Shown piece after piece: positions 21,003 to 31,522 of a DNA stretch of 51,182 nucleotides (positions are counted from its first letter, which is position 1; each line of letters begins with the position of its first letter). Origin of the DNA: Rhodobiaceae bacterium (GTDB taxonomy: Bacteria; Pseudomonadota; Alphaproteobacteria; Rhizobiales; Tepidamorphaceae). The notes beneath the pieces were generated by a model. That model searched no databases. It worked only from the letters and a program-made list of their open reading frames with translations, and was not told where the DNA came from. Both the position numbers and the translations under genes were made by a program. Where the stretch lies: contig SKQW01000231.1 of assembly GCA_007118805.1 (NCBI GenBank), positions 1-51,182 on the forward strand, written 5' to 3'.

Positions 21003-21028
21003 GGAACAGCAGGCCCCTTTCCGCTGTT
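21003..21028 (+). promoter_or_regulatory. Near-consensus sigma-EcfG-type motif GGAAC-N17-TGTT
   Basis: GGAAC at 21003-07 and TGTT at 21025-28 (one mismatch in the -10). It lies 35 nt upstream of GTG 21063. Confidence 0.35.
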
Positions 21029-21062
21029 TTCCATGCCGGAATCTGTGAAAGGAGGGTGAAGG

Positions 21063-21212
21063 GTGGCGGACAGGTCCGGCGGTGGCAACACGGTCATCGG
21101 CGTGGTGCTCGGGGCTATCCTCGTTCTGCTATTGGTCTTCGTCTTCTTCAGTGGCGGCCTGTTCGAGGCCGACGAGCCAGCCGAGGTCGGCGTCGAGGCG
21201 GTTGACTCGTGA
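21063..21212 (+). CDS. Small (49-aa) single-pass membrane protein, absent from the ORF track
   Basis: GTG 21063 sits 7 nt after AGGAGG (21051-56). Translation: VADRSGGGNTVIGVVLGAILVLLLVFVFFSGGLFEADEPAEVGVEAVDS, stop at 21210-12. Confidence 0.5.
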   Translation: MADRSGGGNTVIGVVLGAILVLLLVFVFFSGGLFEADEPAEVGVEAVDS

Positions 21213-21263
21213 CGCACGTGAATCCTGGACCGCCCTGCACGGTCCGCGCGCCGCACCGTTGCG

Positions 21264-21289
21264 GGAACCGGCAATGATATGTCTGCGTT
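21264..21289 (+). promoter_or_regulatory. sigma-EcfG-type promoter motif GGAAC-N17-CGTT
   Basis: GGAAC at 21264-68 and CGTT at 21286-89. It lies 66 nt upstream of the PRC-barrel gene start. PRC-barrel proteins are recurrent members of alphaproteobacterial general stress regulons. Confidence 0.65.
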
Positions 21290-21354
21290 CACAAGCATAT
21301 CAGGAGGCCCAGCGAGCCCTTCGCGGGCGTCATGCCGAAATGGAGGCAGCTACC

Positions 21355-22017
21355 ATGATGAAGACCTTGCTTTCGGGCACCGCCGTCGCGCTTTTTCTCG
21401 TCGCCAATCCGGCGTTGGCGCAGACGACGGACGAGCCGAACGACGATCAGATCCAGATCGAGGCGCAGGACGATCAGGACGATTTCGAAGCTCTCGAGGA
21501 GGATACGGGCGCCGCCGACCCCGGCGACACCGACGACCCCGAGACCGAGGCCGCCGATCTGGACGACGACGACTTCGACACGGACACCGCGGAGGTCGAG
21601 GCGGAGGTTGATGAAGCCGAAGTCGCCGACGAGCCGGCGCGTCCGACCGAGACCTTCCTGACCATGCAGGACGAGGACGATGTGCTCGCCAGCGAGCTGA
21701 TGAATGCCGACGTCGAGAACCCTCAGGGCGAGACGCTGGGCAGCATCAGCGATGTCGTCATCCACGACGAGCTTGGCATCAAGGCCGTGGTCATTGGCGT
21801 GGGCGGTTTCCTCGGCATCGGTCAGAAGAGTGTGGCCGTCAACTATGCCGAGATCGAGCGGGTCCGCGACAATGGCGACGTGACGCTGGTTTTCGCCGCC
21901 ACCGAGGACGACCTCGATGCGGCGCCCGAGTTCCAGACCCTCGATGACCAGATTGCCGAGGCCGAGCAGCAGGAAATGGAGATGGAGCAGGAGACACCGC
22001 CGACCGGACTTGATTGA
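21355..22017 (+). CDS. Secreted PRC-barrel domain protein with a long acidic low-complexity linker
   Basis: Signal peptide MMKTLLSGTAVALFLVANPALAQ after a GGAGG RBS. A D/E-rich tract of about 80 aa is followed by the PRC-barrel core (LMNADVENPQGETLGSISDVVI...). The track start at 21082 is an over-extension. Confidence 0.8.
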   Translation: MMKTLLSGTAVALFLVANPALAQTTDEPNDDQIQIEAQDDQDDFEALEEDTGAADPGDTDDPETEAADLDDDDFDTDTAEVEAEVDEAEVADEPARPTETFLTMQDEDDVLASELMNADVENPQGETLGSISDVVIHDELGIKAVVIGVGGFLGIGQKSVAVNYAEIERVRDNGDVTLVFAATEDDLDAAPEFQTLDDQIAEAEQQEMEMEQETPPTGLD

Positions 22018-22043
22018 TCCTGCTTCTGAAGTCTCTTCTAGAA

Positions 22044-22069
22044 GGCGCCCGGCCAACAGGCCGGGCGCC
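22044..22069. terminator. Perfect 11-bp GC-rich hairpin between convergent genes (possible bidirectional terminator)
   Basis: GGCGCCCGGCC (22044-54), loop AACA, GGCCGGGCGCC (22059-69). It lies in the 67-nt gap between the PRC-barrel and PAS genes. Confidence 0.55.
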
Positions 22070-22084
22070 GCAATCATTTCAGGT

Positions 22085-23044
22085 TCATGCGATGGCGAAA
22101 TGCTTAATGTTCGACGCCCGTCGTCTGATCAGCGGGATCGCATCCCCCGAAAGATCGCTTATGTCCTGCAGCATCACGGCCAATCCGCCCAGATAGGGGA
22201 ACAGGGTGACCCGGAACTGTCCCGAAACTTCCCCTGCCGCGAGGTCGATATCGAAGCGGCTTGCGTGCCTTGTCTCCAGGACCTCGCAGCAAAGATCCCA
22301 AACACCGTTGGACTTGGCTTGCGGATAGGCGGCCAGGAAATTGGTTCCCACCAGGTCATCCCGGCTGCGGTGGCTCAGACGGCAGGCGCTGTGATTTGCC
22401 ATCATGATCCGCGCATCATACGGTGTGCCGAGGTCGTCCTCCAGCGGGCGCAGGGCGAACAGCGCATCGGGCGAGGCTTCGACTACGGCGCTGGCCAGCG
22501 TGTCCTGCAGCTGGTTCGGCTCGCACAACACAAGGAGCAGCTTTAGATCTCCCTCGGTGGCGACGGGGGCGGCGAGGCTTTCCCAGCTATCGACCGGGAC
22601 ATCGAGGTGGGCGAGATGGACGAGATAGATCGGACGTCCGATGTCCAGGGCTCGGGCGTATTCCCGTTGCAGATAGCCGCGAATTTCGGGAGCAAGATCG
22701 TCCGTTGTCCTACCCGTCCGCTCCCTGCCGCTCGCCTTGGCGAGGGCGGCACCGTAATGGAGATAGGCGAAGCGGCCGGTACCGTCTGGCACAAGGATCG
22801 AATAATGGGCGGACATCTCCCCCAGGCCCGCCTCCATCAGATCACTCAGAAGCGGAACGCCTTCCGCAGCAAGACCTTGCCATAGGGTGTGAAGCTGCCG
22901 GATGCGAGTAGACCGAGCAAGGTGGTCAATATCCGTTTCCCAGCTCTGGGCGGTGAAGCTCATTGCGGACCCTGCTGTCGCTTCGTCGAATGGTTGCTGG
23001 AGTGTGACGAGTCGAGTTTGATAAAAGGTTGCAGATTCATACAC
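22085..23044 (-). CDS. PAS-domain protein without a recognisable output domain (PAS_5-like N-terminal half plus a second PAS)
   Basis: 319 aa. The second half (ARIMMANHSACRLSHRSRDDLVGTNFLAAYP...) looks like a PAS fold. The start is uncertain: GTG 23044 or ATG 22963. Confidence 0.6.
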   Translation of the reverse strand: MYESATFYQTRLVTLQQPFDEATAGSAMSFTAQSWETDIDHLARSTRIRQLHTLWQGLAAEGVPLLSDLMEAGLGEMSAHYSILVPDGTGRFAYLHYGAALAKASGRERTGRTTDDLAPEIRGYLQREYARALDIGRPIYLVHLAHLDVPVDSWESLAAPVATEGDLKLLLVLCEPNQLQDTLASAVVEASPDALFALRPLEDDLGTPYDARIMMANHSACRLSHRSRDDLVGTNFLAAYPQAKSNGVWDLCCEVLETRHASRFDIDLAAGEVSGQFRVTLFPYLGGLAVMLQDISDLSGDAIPLIRRRASNIKHFAIA

Positions 23045-23145
23045 GCCCGCCGATCTCGCTGCTGCCCCTTCCGAAAGGACGGCGTTCCGGGCTAGAACGG
23101 CGGCGAATGTGATCTCTTCCTATGACATAAGGAACAAAACACGCC

Positions 23146-24804
<1,659 letters not shown>

Positions 24805-24810
24805 GCGGCG

Positions 24811-25992
24811 TCAAGCCTTGATGAACAGGTGCCGCGGATAGTTGCAGAAGACTTCCGCACCACTTTCGGTAACCTGGAAGGTCTCAGTGATCTCCAGCCC
24901 CCAGCTGTCTTTCCAGATCGCGGGGATCAGGTGGAAGCACATTCCGGGCTCAAGCACGGATTTGTCGCCCGGTCTGAGGCTCATCGTACGCTCGCCCCAA
25001 TCGGGCGGATAGCTCAAGCCGATCGAATAGCCGCACCGGCTTTCCTTTTCGATGCCGTGCCGGGCCACTGCCTTGCGCCATGCCGCCTCGACGTCCTCGC
25101 AGGTGGCGCCGGGGCGAGCGGCGTCGAGCGCTGCCTCGATGCCCTGTAGCACAGCTTTCTCAGTGTCGAGCACCTCCTGTGAAGGTTGGCCGAGGAAGAT
25201 GGTGCGCGACAGGGGGCAGTGATAGCGCCGGTAGCATCCGGCAATCTCGAAGAAGGTGCCTTCGTGAGGTCTGAACGGCTCGTCCGACCAGGTCAGATGC
25301 GGAGCGGCGGCGTCCATGCCGGACGGCAGCATCGGAACGATGGCCGGATAGTCGCCGCCATACCCGTTCACCCCACGGATCTGAGCATGATAGATCTCGG
25401 CGACGAGGTCGTTCTTGCGCATCCCCGGTTCCACCAGCTCCAGGATTCGGGCGTGCGTCTTCTCGACAATGCGGGCGGCGCGCCGAATATACTCGATCTC
25501 CCGGTCCGACTTCACCGCGCGCTGCCAGTTCACCAGGCCGGTCGCGTCGGCAAAGCTGGCGTTCGGCAGGAAGCGCTGCAGGGCGGCATAGGCGGCGGCC
25601 GAGAAATAGTAATTGTCCATCTCCACGCCGATGGCGCCGCGTCCCCAGCCGCGGTCCGTAATGTGCTGGGCGAGCAGATCCATCGGATGGCGCTCGCGCG
25701 ACTGAACATAGTGATCGGGATAGCCGATGATGGCCTTCTCGCCCATGAAGACGGTGCGACGGGCACCGTTGGCATCTTGCAGGCGGCCATACCAGAGGGG
25801 GTCGCCGGCCAGCGGCAGCACCACGCATTGATGGACATAGAACGACCAGCCATCATAACCGGTGAGCCAGTGCATGTTGGACGGATCGCTGACGATGAGC
25901 AGATCGAGTCCGACCCGCTCCATCTCCCGCCGGGTGCGGGCAATCCGCGCCTCGTACTCGTTTATGTCGAAGTTGAGCCTGGGCCCGCCCAT
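24811..25992 (-). CDS. doeA: Ectoine hydrolase (DoeA/EutD, M24 creatinase/Xaa-Pro peptidase fold)
   Basis: 393 aa with M24-type architecture. The call also rests on its position immediately downstream of eutB-eutC. Confidence 0.72.
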   Translation of the reverse strand: MGGPRLNFDINEYEARIARTRREMERVGLDLLIVSDPSNMHWLTGYDGWSFYVHQCVVLPLAGDPLWYGRLQDANGARRTVFMGEKAIIGYPDHYVQSRERHPMDLLAQHITDRGWGRGAIGVEMDNYYFSAAAYAALQRFLPNASFADATGLVNWQRAVKSDREIEYIRRAARIVEKTHARILELVEPGMRKNDLVAEIYHAQIRGVNGYGGDYPAIVPMLPSGMDAAAPHLTWSDEPFRPHEGTFFEIAGCYRRYHCPLSRTIFLGQPSQEVLDTEKAVLQGIEAALDAARPGATCEDVEAAWRKAVARHGIEKESRCGYSIGLSYPPDWGERTMSLRPGDKSVLEPGMCFHLIPAIWKDSWGLEITETFQVTESGAEVFCNYPRHLFIKA

Positions 25993-26014
25993 CGATTACT
26001 CCACTACAAACGCT

Positions 26015-26992
26015 TTATCGCGACGCCGCCGCCGCCCGGTCGCGGGCGAAGGCGGCGATCGCTGTGTCCTGAACGCCCGTGCCGGTCAAGTCGCAAATGG
26101 TGATGTCCTGCGGTGCGCTGCGACCAGGTTTCAGGCCGGCGATCACCTCGCCGAGCTCGGGCCACCCGGTCTCGTCCGGAACCGCCCCGGCGGCGATGGC
26201 GTGATGAAGCTCGCCGATCACCCGGCACTGGCTCACGCGATCGGCGACATAGACGTCGGCGCGGGCGATCGCGGCGGGCGCGATCTCGTTCTTGTGCTCG
26301 GCGTCCGAGCCCATGGCGGTGAGGTGGAGGCCGGGGTGCAGCCAGTCCGGCTCGACCAACGGCGTCCGGCTGGGCGTGGTGGTAACCACGATATCGGCCC
26401 CGCGTACGACCTCCTCGGCGCTGGTCGCCGGCGTCACCGGAATGCCAAGCTGCGAGCTCATCTCCGAGGCACAGGCGGCCGCCTTGCCGGCGTCGCGCGC
26501 CCACAGATGAGCCTGCTCGATGGCCCGCACGCGGGTGAGCGCCTCGAGCTGGAGCCGCGCCTGGACGCCGGCGCCAATAATGCCGGCGACACGGGCATCC
26601 TCGCGGGCGAGCCAGCGGGCGGCCACGGCGCCGGCCGCGGCGGTGCGGACATCGGTCAGATAGCCGCGATCGAGGAGGAGGGCCTCAAGCAGCCCTGTCC
26701 GTGCGCTGAGGACCACCATCAGGCCGCTGACGCTCGGCAGACCAAGCTTGGGGTTGTCGAAGAAACCTGGGCTGACCTTGATGGCGAAGCTGTCGAGCCC
26801 GGGCACGTAGGCGGTCTTGACGTCGACCTCGCCATTGTTCTCGGCGATGTCGAGGCGCAGGACCGGCGGCATGACGACGCCGCCTGCCGCCAGCTTGGCA
26901 AAGGCCTGCTCGATGCATGCGATGGCGGCCTCGTCGAGCGGCACCAGCCGTCGCAGTTCGGCTTCCGAAAGGATGGCCACGTCGTCGCTCAT
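26015..26992 (-). CDS. eutC: Ectoine utilisation protein EutC (ornithine cyclodeaminase / mu-crystallin family)
   Basis: 325 aa. OCD-family Rossmann GIIGAGVQARLQLEAL. ATGA overlap with the eutB stop. Confidence 0.72.
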   Translation of the reverse strand: MSDDVAILSEAELRRLVPLDEAAIACIEQAFAKLAAGGVVMPPVLRLDIAENNGEVDVKTAYVPGLDSFAIKVSPGFFDNPKLGLPSVSGLMVVLSARTGLLEALLLDRGYLTDVRTAAAGAVAARWLAREDARVAGIIGAGVQARLQLEALTRVRAIEQAHLWARDAGKAAACASEMSSQLGIPVTPATSAEEVVRGADIVVTTTPSRTPLVEPDWLHPGLHLTAMGSDAEHKNEIAPAAIARADVYVADRVSQCRVIGELHHAIAAGAVPDETGWPELGEVIAGLKPGRSAPQDITICDLTGTGVQDTAIAAFARDRAAAASR

Positions 26993-27963
26993 GGGCTGCT
27001 GTTCCCGACGATCTCGTGATGGGTCGAGATGTCGATATTGCGGCCTGACAGCACCAGAGCGGTCGGGCCGGCGGGGCGGATTGCGTTGCTCAGCACGGCG
27101 GCGATCGTCACCGCGGCGGCGCCTTCGAGCACCACCCCCTCCTTGCGATAGGCGTGCCGGATTCCTTCGGCGATCTCGTCCTCCTCCAAGAGCACCACCT
27201 GGTCGACCAGATCGCGAATCAGGGCGAAGGTGTGGCGGTTGTCGAGCCCGATCCCGCCCCCCAGAGAGTCCGCCAGGGTGCGCGTCTCGGTAACCGGCAC
27301 CGGCTTGCCCGCTTGTAGGCTGGCATGCATCGCCGCGCCGCGCTTCATGGTGACGCCGATGATCTGTGCATCGGGCCGCGCAGCGCGCACGGCAAGGGCG
27401 ATGCCGCCCAGAAGCCCACCGCCGGACAGGGGAACGATGACGGTCGCCAGTTCGGGCAGATCCTCGACGAGCTCCAGCCCGATCGTTCCCTGCCCGGCGA
27501 TGACGTCGCGGTGGTCAAAGGGCGGAATGTAGGTCAGGCCTTCCGCCTCGATGAGGCGAGTGGCCTCTTGCTCCGCCTCGTCCTGGCTGGCGCCGGCGAT
27601 ATGTATTTCGGCGCCAAGTGCGCGGATGGCGGCGATCTTGTTGTCCGGAACCAGTGTGGACATGCAGATGACCGCGCGCAGGCCGAGCTGCCGGGCGGCG
27701 TGGGCCAGACCGCGACCGTGATTGCCTGTCGAGACGGCGATGACGCCGCGCTCGCGCTCGGCCTCGCTGAGATTGAGCAGGGCGTTGGTGGCGCCACGTA
27801 GCTTAAACGCGCCGGTGATCTGAAGCTGTTCGTGCTTGAGGTGAACCGGCGTCCCCGCAGCCGCGCTGAGCGGCTCCGAGGCCAGGAGCGGCGTGCGGGA
27901 GACGTGGCCGGCGATGGTCTGCTGCGCCGCCAGCACATGTGAAACATCGAGGCCAGCCGTCAT
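26989..27963 (-). CDS. eutB: Hydroxyectoine utilisation dehydratase EutB (PLP-dependent threonine-dehydratase-like)
   Basis: 324 aa. PLP-lysine context QITGAFKLRGA and the glycine loop PLSGGGLLGG. Confidence 0.75.
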   Translation of the reverse strand: MTAGLDVSHVLAAQQTIAGHVSRTPLLASEPLSAAAGTPVHLKHEQLQITGAFKLRGATNALLNLSEAERERGVIAVSTGNHGRGLAHAARQLGLRAVICMSTLVPDNKIAAIRALGAEIHIAGASQDEAEQEATRLIEAEGLTYIPPFDHRDVIAGQGTIGLELVEDLPELATVIVPLSGGGLLGGIALAVRAARPDAQIIGVTMKRGAAMHASLQAGKPVPVTETRTLADSLGGGIGLDNRHTFALIRDLVDQVVLLEEDEIAEGIRHAYRKEGVVLEGAAAVTIAAVLSNAIRPAGPTALVLSGRNIDISTHHEIVGNSSP

Positions 27964-27986
27964 ACTCGCAAACCCTGCGCTTTCCC

Positions 27987-29267
27987 CTACTGGAACGCCA
28001 GTTGCGGCAGGAACAGGGCAATCTGCGGGAAGGCGATCAGCAGGCCCGCCGAGGCGATCAGGATGAAGATGAAGGGTGGCGTACCCTTGATCACGTCGAA
28101 ATAGGGTCGTCGGAAGACGGCCATCGCCGTGAACAGATCGCAGCCAAAGGGCGGTGTCGCTGAGCCGATCGCCACCTGCAGCGTGACCAGCGTGCCGACT
28201 AGCACCGGATCGAGACCGGCTATGGCGACGAGCGGTGCGAACAGCGGGGTCAGGACGAGGATGACGACGATCGGGTCGACGAACATGCAGCCAATGAAGT
28301 AGGCCACGCAGATCGCCACTAGGATCATGATCGGCCCGGCCTCGTGCAGCCCCAGGCCGGCGATGACGGCCTGCGGGATCTGGCCAAACGAGATCACCCA
28401 GGAGAATGCCGCGCCGGCACCGACCAGGATGAACACCACCGAGGTGATCAGTCCGGTGGAGACCGCGATGGAGGGGATGTCGCGCAGCTTGACGGCGCGG
28501 AACACCAGCACCTCCAGGATGAAAGCATAAATCACCGAGACAGCAGCCACTTCGGTGGGGCTGAAATAACCGGTATAAATGCCGCCGACGATGATGACAG
28601 GGAACAACGAAGCCGGCCCGGCCCGCTTCAGCGTTGCGAGGCGCTCGCCCCAGCTGGCGCGCGGCTGAGTCGGTATGTCGTTAACCTTCGCATAGATCCA
28701 GCAATAGATCGTGAAGAACAGCAGGATCATCAGCCCCGGCCCGATCCCGGCGAGGAAAAGTGCGGCGATCGAGGTCCCGGAGACGACGCCGTAGACGATC
28801 ATCCCGATGGACGGCGGGATGAGGAAGGCGATGTCGCTCGCATTGACAATCAGGGCAAGGGAAAAGCTATCGGAATAGCCCGCCCGGAGCATCTTCGGCC
28901 GCAGCGGGCTGCCCATTGCGACCACGGTGGCCTGGGTCGAGCCGGAGACGGCGCCGAACATGGTGCAGCCCACGGCGGTGGTGATGGCCAGTCCGCCGCG
29001 CACATGGCCGACCACCGACATGGCCAGATCGATCAGCCGGTCCGCGGTGCGGCCCTTGGTGACGATGTCGGCGGCCAGAATGAACATCGGCACCGCGATC
29101 AGGGCGGTGGGCTCGATGCCACTCGTCATCTGCTGAATGATGATTTCCGGCCGAAGCCCCGGCAGGAAGAAGAACAGGCCGACCATAGCCGCGGCAATCA
29201 GCGGCACCAGCATGGGAAAGCCCATCAGGAGCAGGATGAGCATGATGATGAAGATGGTGATTCCCAT
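27987..29267 (-). CDS. TRAP transporter large permease (DctM family; UehC/TeaC-like by context)
   Basis: 426-aa polytopic membrane protein with DctM-like sequence. It sits directly after the small permease gene. Confidence 0.88.
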   Translation of the reverse strand: MGITIFIIMLILLLMGFPMLVPLIAAAMVGLFFFLPGLRPEIIIQQMTSGIEPTALIAVPMFILAADIVTKGRTADRLIDLAMSVVGHVRGGLAITTAVGCTMFGAVSGSTQATVVAMGSPLRPKMLRAGYSDSFSLALIVNASDIAFLIPPSIGMIVYGVVSGTSIAALFLAGIGPGLMILLFFTIYCWIYAKVNDIPTQPRASWGERLATLKRAGPASLFPVIIVGGIYTGYFSPTEVAAVSVIYAFILEVLVFRAVKLRDIPSIAVSTGLITSVVFILVGAGAAFSWVISFGQIPQAVIAGLGLHEAGPIMILVAICVAYFIGCMFVDPIVVILVLTPLFAPLVAIAGLDPVLVGTLVTLQVAIGSATPPFGCDLFTAMAVFRRPYFDVIKGTPPFIFILIASAGLLIAFPQIALFLPQLAFQ

Positions 29268-29279
29268 GGCTCCCGCTCC

Positions 29280-29843
29280 TCAGGGCGACGATGGTTCGTC
29301 GATTTTGGTGTCGGGCACGGTGGGTGCCAGATACACCTCGTCGCGCAGGAAGTTCGTGATTGCAGCGAACATGAACTGAAGACCGGTGAGAAACAGCCCG
29401 ACGGGCACCACCGAATAGAGGATCCAGGAGGGTACCCTCAGGGAGGGCGTGACGCGTCCGATGGCGGCCATGCTGAAGACCCTGTCGATTGCGTATTTGG
29501 TCAGCATGAACAGGATTATCGCCGTGGTCAGGCACATCACCACGACGAGCACCTTCCGGCTGCGGTCGGACAGCATGTCGGAAAAGGCGGACATCCGGAT
29601 ATGCCGGCCCATCCGCGCCGCGGTACTCGCGCCGATGAAGGTCACCAGCACGATCAGGAACCGGTTGAGCTCCTCGGTGAAGAAGACGCTGGTATTGAAT
29701 CCGACCCGCGCAACGACATTGGCGCAAGTGTTCAGCGCCATCGCCAGGACGGCCGAGGCGAGAATAAACTTTTCCACTTTTGCCAAGCCATGATCGAAGC
29801 CGTGAAGCCAATCCATGGCTCGGCTGGACAGACTGTCGGGCAC
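29280..29843 (-). CDS. TRAP transporter small permease (DctQ family; UehB/TeaB-like by context)
   Basis: 187 aa with four hydrophobic segments. Alternative start at ATG 29816. Confidence 0.8.
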   Translation of the reverse strand: MPDSLSSRAMDWLHGFDHGLAKVEKFILASAVLAMALNTCANVVARVGFNTSVFFTEELNRFLIVLVTFIGASTAARMGRHIRMSAFSDMLSDRSRKVLVVVMCLTTAIILFMLTKYAIDRVFSMAAIGRVTPSLRVPSWILYSVVPVGLFLTGLQFMFAAITNFLRDEVYLAPTVPDTKIDEPSSP

Positions 29844-29920
29844 GTTCGAGCCTCCCCCCGGTCAGCGGAACCGGACCTTAATCCCCCTACGCGGCATCGT
29901 TACAGGACAATTCGGGCCGG

Positions 29921-29940
29921 TCAATCGCTACATTGACATG
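29921..29940. promoter_or_regulatory. Candidate operator, copy 1: CAAT-N6-ATTGACATG
   Basis: tCAATcgctacATTGACATG lies in the 105-nt gap upstream of the TRAP permease / eutBC-doeA operon. It shares 13 fixed positions and identical spacing with the copy at 31375-31393. Confidence 0.45.
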
Positions 29941-29948
29941 AAGCAATC

Positions 29949-31349
29949 TCATGAGAACTCGGTAGCATTAATTGCGGGGAACTTCGAGAATGTCGCCGAC
30001 ATTATCGACAGCGCCCGGCGCAGCTCGTCGTCGTCGATCGCTCCGCCGATGCAAACCCGCACCGCCTTCGGCCGCACCGTGGGCGGCACCATGAAGGGAT
30101 CGGCGGCGGTGACCGCCACCCCGCGGTCGCGCAGTTCAAGGACGAGACTTTCCTCGTCCCAGTGATCTGGCACCCGGACCCAGGCCGCCGGCGCCCTCGG
30201 ATGGCTGCTCAGCACATGGTTGCCGAGGAGGTCGCTGACGGCTTCCTGGCGCAACGCCAGCGCCTTGCGCTGAATCGCGATCAGTTCCTCCAGCGTGCCT
30301 TCGACGATCCAGCGTGCCGCCATCTCGGCGAGCAGCGCCGGCGACATCCAGCCGGTCACCCGCAGGACGCTGCCCGTCCGGATAGTCAGTCTGGACGGCA
30401 CCACGAGATATCCGGTGCGCAGGCCCGAGGCGATCGCCTTCGTGAAGGAGGTGCAATAAAAGCCCAAATCGGGGATCATGCCAGCGACCGACGGTAAGGG
30501 CTCGTCGAGCAGCGCGCCAAATACGTCGTCCTCGATGACAAACACACCGTAGCGCCGCGCGATATCGGCAATGGCCGTCCGCCGCTCGGCATCGGCCAGA
30601 TGCATGGTCGGGTTGGAAAAGGTTGGCGTGCAGACCAGCGCGCGCACCGAATGCTCCCGGCACGCCCGCTCGAATGCGTCCGGCAGGATGCCATGGCGAT
30701 CCGTCGGCAGCCCGCGCAACGCGAAACCGAGAATATGGGCGCAGCCGATCACGCCGTGATCGGTCAACCCCTCGGTCAGCACGACATCGCCGTTCTGAAC
30801 CACGGTGGCAAGCGCGAGGAAGATACCCTGTGAGGCCCCGCTCGTGATGATCAGCCGTTCGGGCTCGACATCGAGGCCGAACCGCTTGAGCCAGTTGGCG
30901 CCGATGGTGCGGGGCTCGTCGAGTCCGGCGATCGGACGGCAGGGCCGGAACCAATTGCTCGGCTCTTCGTGGGACAGGGCTGCCAGCAGCGTGCCCACCG
31001 TCCGGCCGTGGTGCTCGGTGTAGACGCCGCGGATCGTCGACAGGTCGATCATGCCGGTCTGACGCTTGTCGAGCATGAAGCGGGCCGCGCTGTCGGTGAC
31101 GCGTCCGGTCACGAAGGTACCACGGCCGACCTCGCCGCGCAGATAGCCGCGCCGTTCGAGTTCCTTGTAGGCGGTGCCTACCGTCTGGACGCTCACGCCG
31201 AGGCGAGTCGCCAGCGCCCGATGGGTCGGCATCCGGGCTCCCGGGGCCAACTCGCCGTTTTCGATCGCGGTCATGATCGCCCCGGCCAGCCCCTTGTGCT
31301 TGGGCTGGCCGCGGTCAAGACGCTCGAACTGTGGAAGCCATTCCCCCAC
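29949..31349 (-). CDS. enuR: MocR/GabR-type regulator (GntR HTH fused to an aminotransferase-fold domain; EnuR-like by context)
   Basis: 466 aa. N-terminal winged HTH (PTHRALATRLGVSVQTVGTAYKELERRGYL). PLP-lysine context SFTKAIASGLR. GTG start at 31349. Confidence 0.7.
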   Translation of the reverse strand: MGEWLPQFERLDRGQPKHKGLAGAIMTAIENGELAPGARMPTHRALATRLGVSVQTVGTAYKELERRGYLRGEVGRGTFVTGRVTDSAARFMLDKRQTGMIDLSTIRGVYTEHHGRTVGTLLAALSHEEPSNWFRPCRPIAGLDEPRTIGANWLKRFGLDVEPERLIITSGASQGIFLALATVVQNGDVVLTEGLTDHGVIGCAHILGFALRGLPTDRHGILPDAFERACREHSVRALVCTPTFSNPTMHLADAERRTAIADIARRYGVFVIEDDVFGALLDEPLPSVAGMIPDLGFYCTSFTKAIASGLRTGYLVVPSRLTIRTGSVLRVTGWMSPALLAEMAARWIVEGTLEELIAIQRKALALRQEAVSDLLGNHVLSSHPRAPAAWVRVPDHWDEESLVLELRDRGVAVTAADPFMVPPTVRPKAVRVCIGGAIDDDELRRALSIMSATFSKFPAINATEFS

Positions 31350-31374
31350 GACGCGCTTTCCGAATGCATTAGAA

Positions 31375-31393
31375 CAATCCCATTATTGACATG
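31375..31393. promoter_or_regulatory. Candidate operator, copy 2: CAAT-N6-ATTGACATG
   Basis: aCAATcccattATTGACATG lies in the divergent enuR / TRAP-SBP promoter region, 26-44 nt upstream of the enuR start. Confidence 0.45.
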
Positions 31394-31522
31394 TTTCATT
31401 CACTGGGCAAGCTTGGAGCTGGGCCGGTCGAAGGACGGCACCGATATTGCGCGCCGTTGACAGCGCCCGGCCTGTCGCGGCGCTTGTCAGCACAGGTGGG
31501 CGGGAACCACGGAGGTGAACAG

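Noticed and set aside
21005-21030. Short hairpin AACAGC-N12-GCTGTT followed by TT, as a terminator for the dehydrogenase gene
   Set aside because: The stem is only 6 bp with a 12-nt loop. The same bases are better explained as a GGAAC-N17-TGTT stress promoter for the downstream small ORF.
23120-23139. Imperfect inverted repeat TTCCTATGACATAAGGAA just upstream of ettA
   Set aside because: It has 5-bp outer arms with a bulge and overlaps the likely RBS region. I know of no regulatory element matching it, and the evidence is too weak to call.
28344-29936. 530-aa plus-strand ORF opposite the TRAP permease genes
   Set aside because: The His/Asp/Gly/Arg-rich translation is biologically implausible. 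The minus strand encodes clean DctM and DctQ polytopic proteins.
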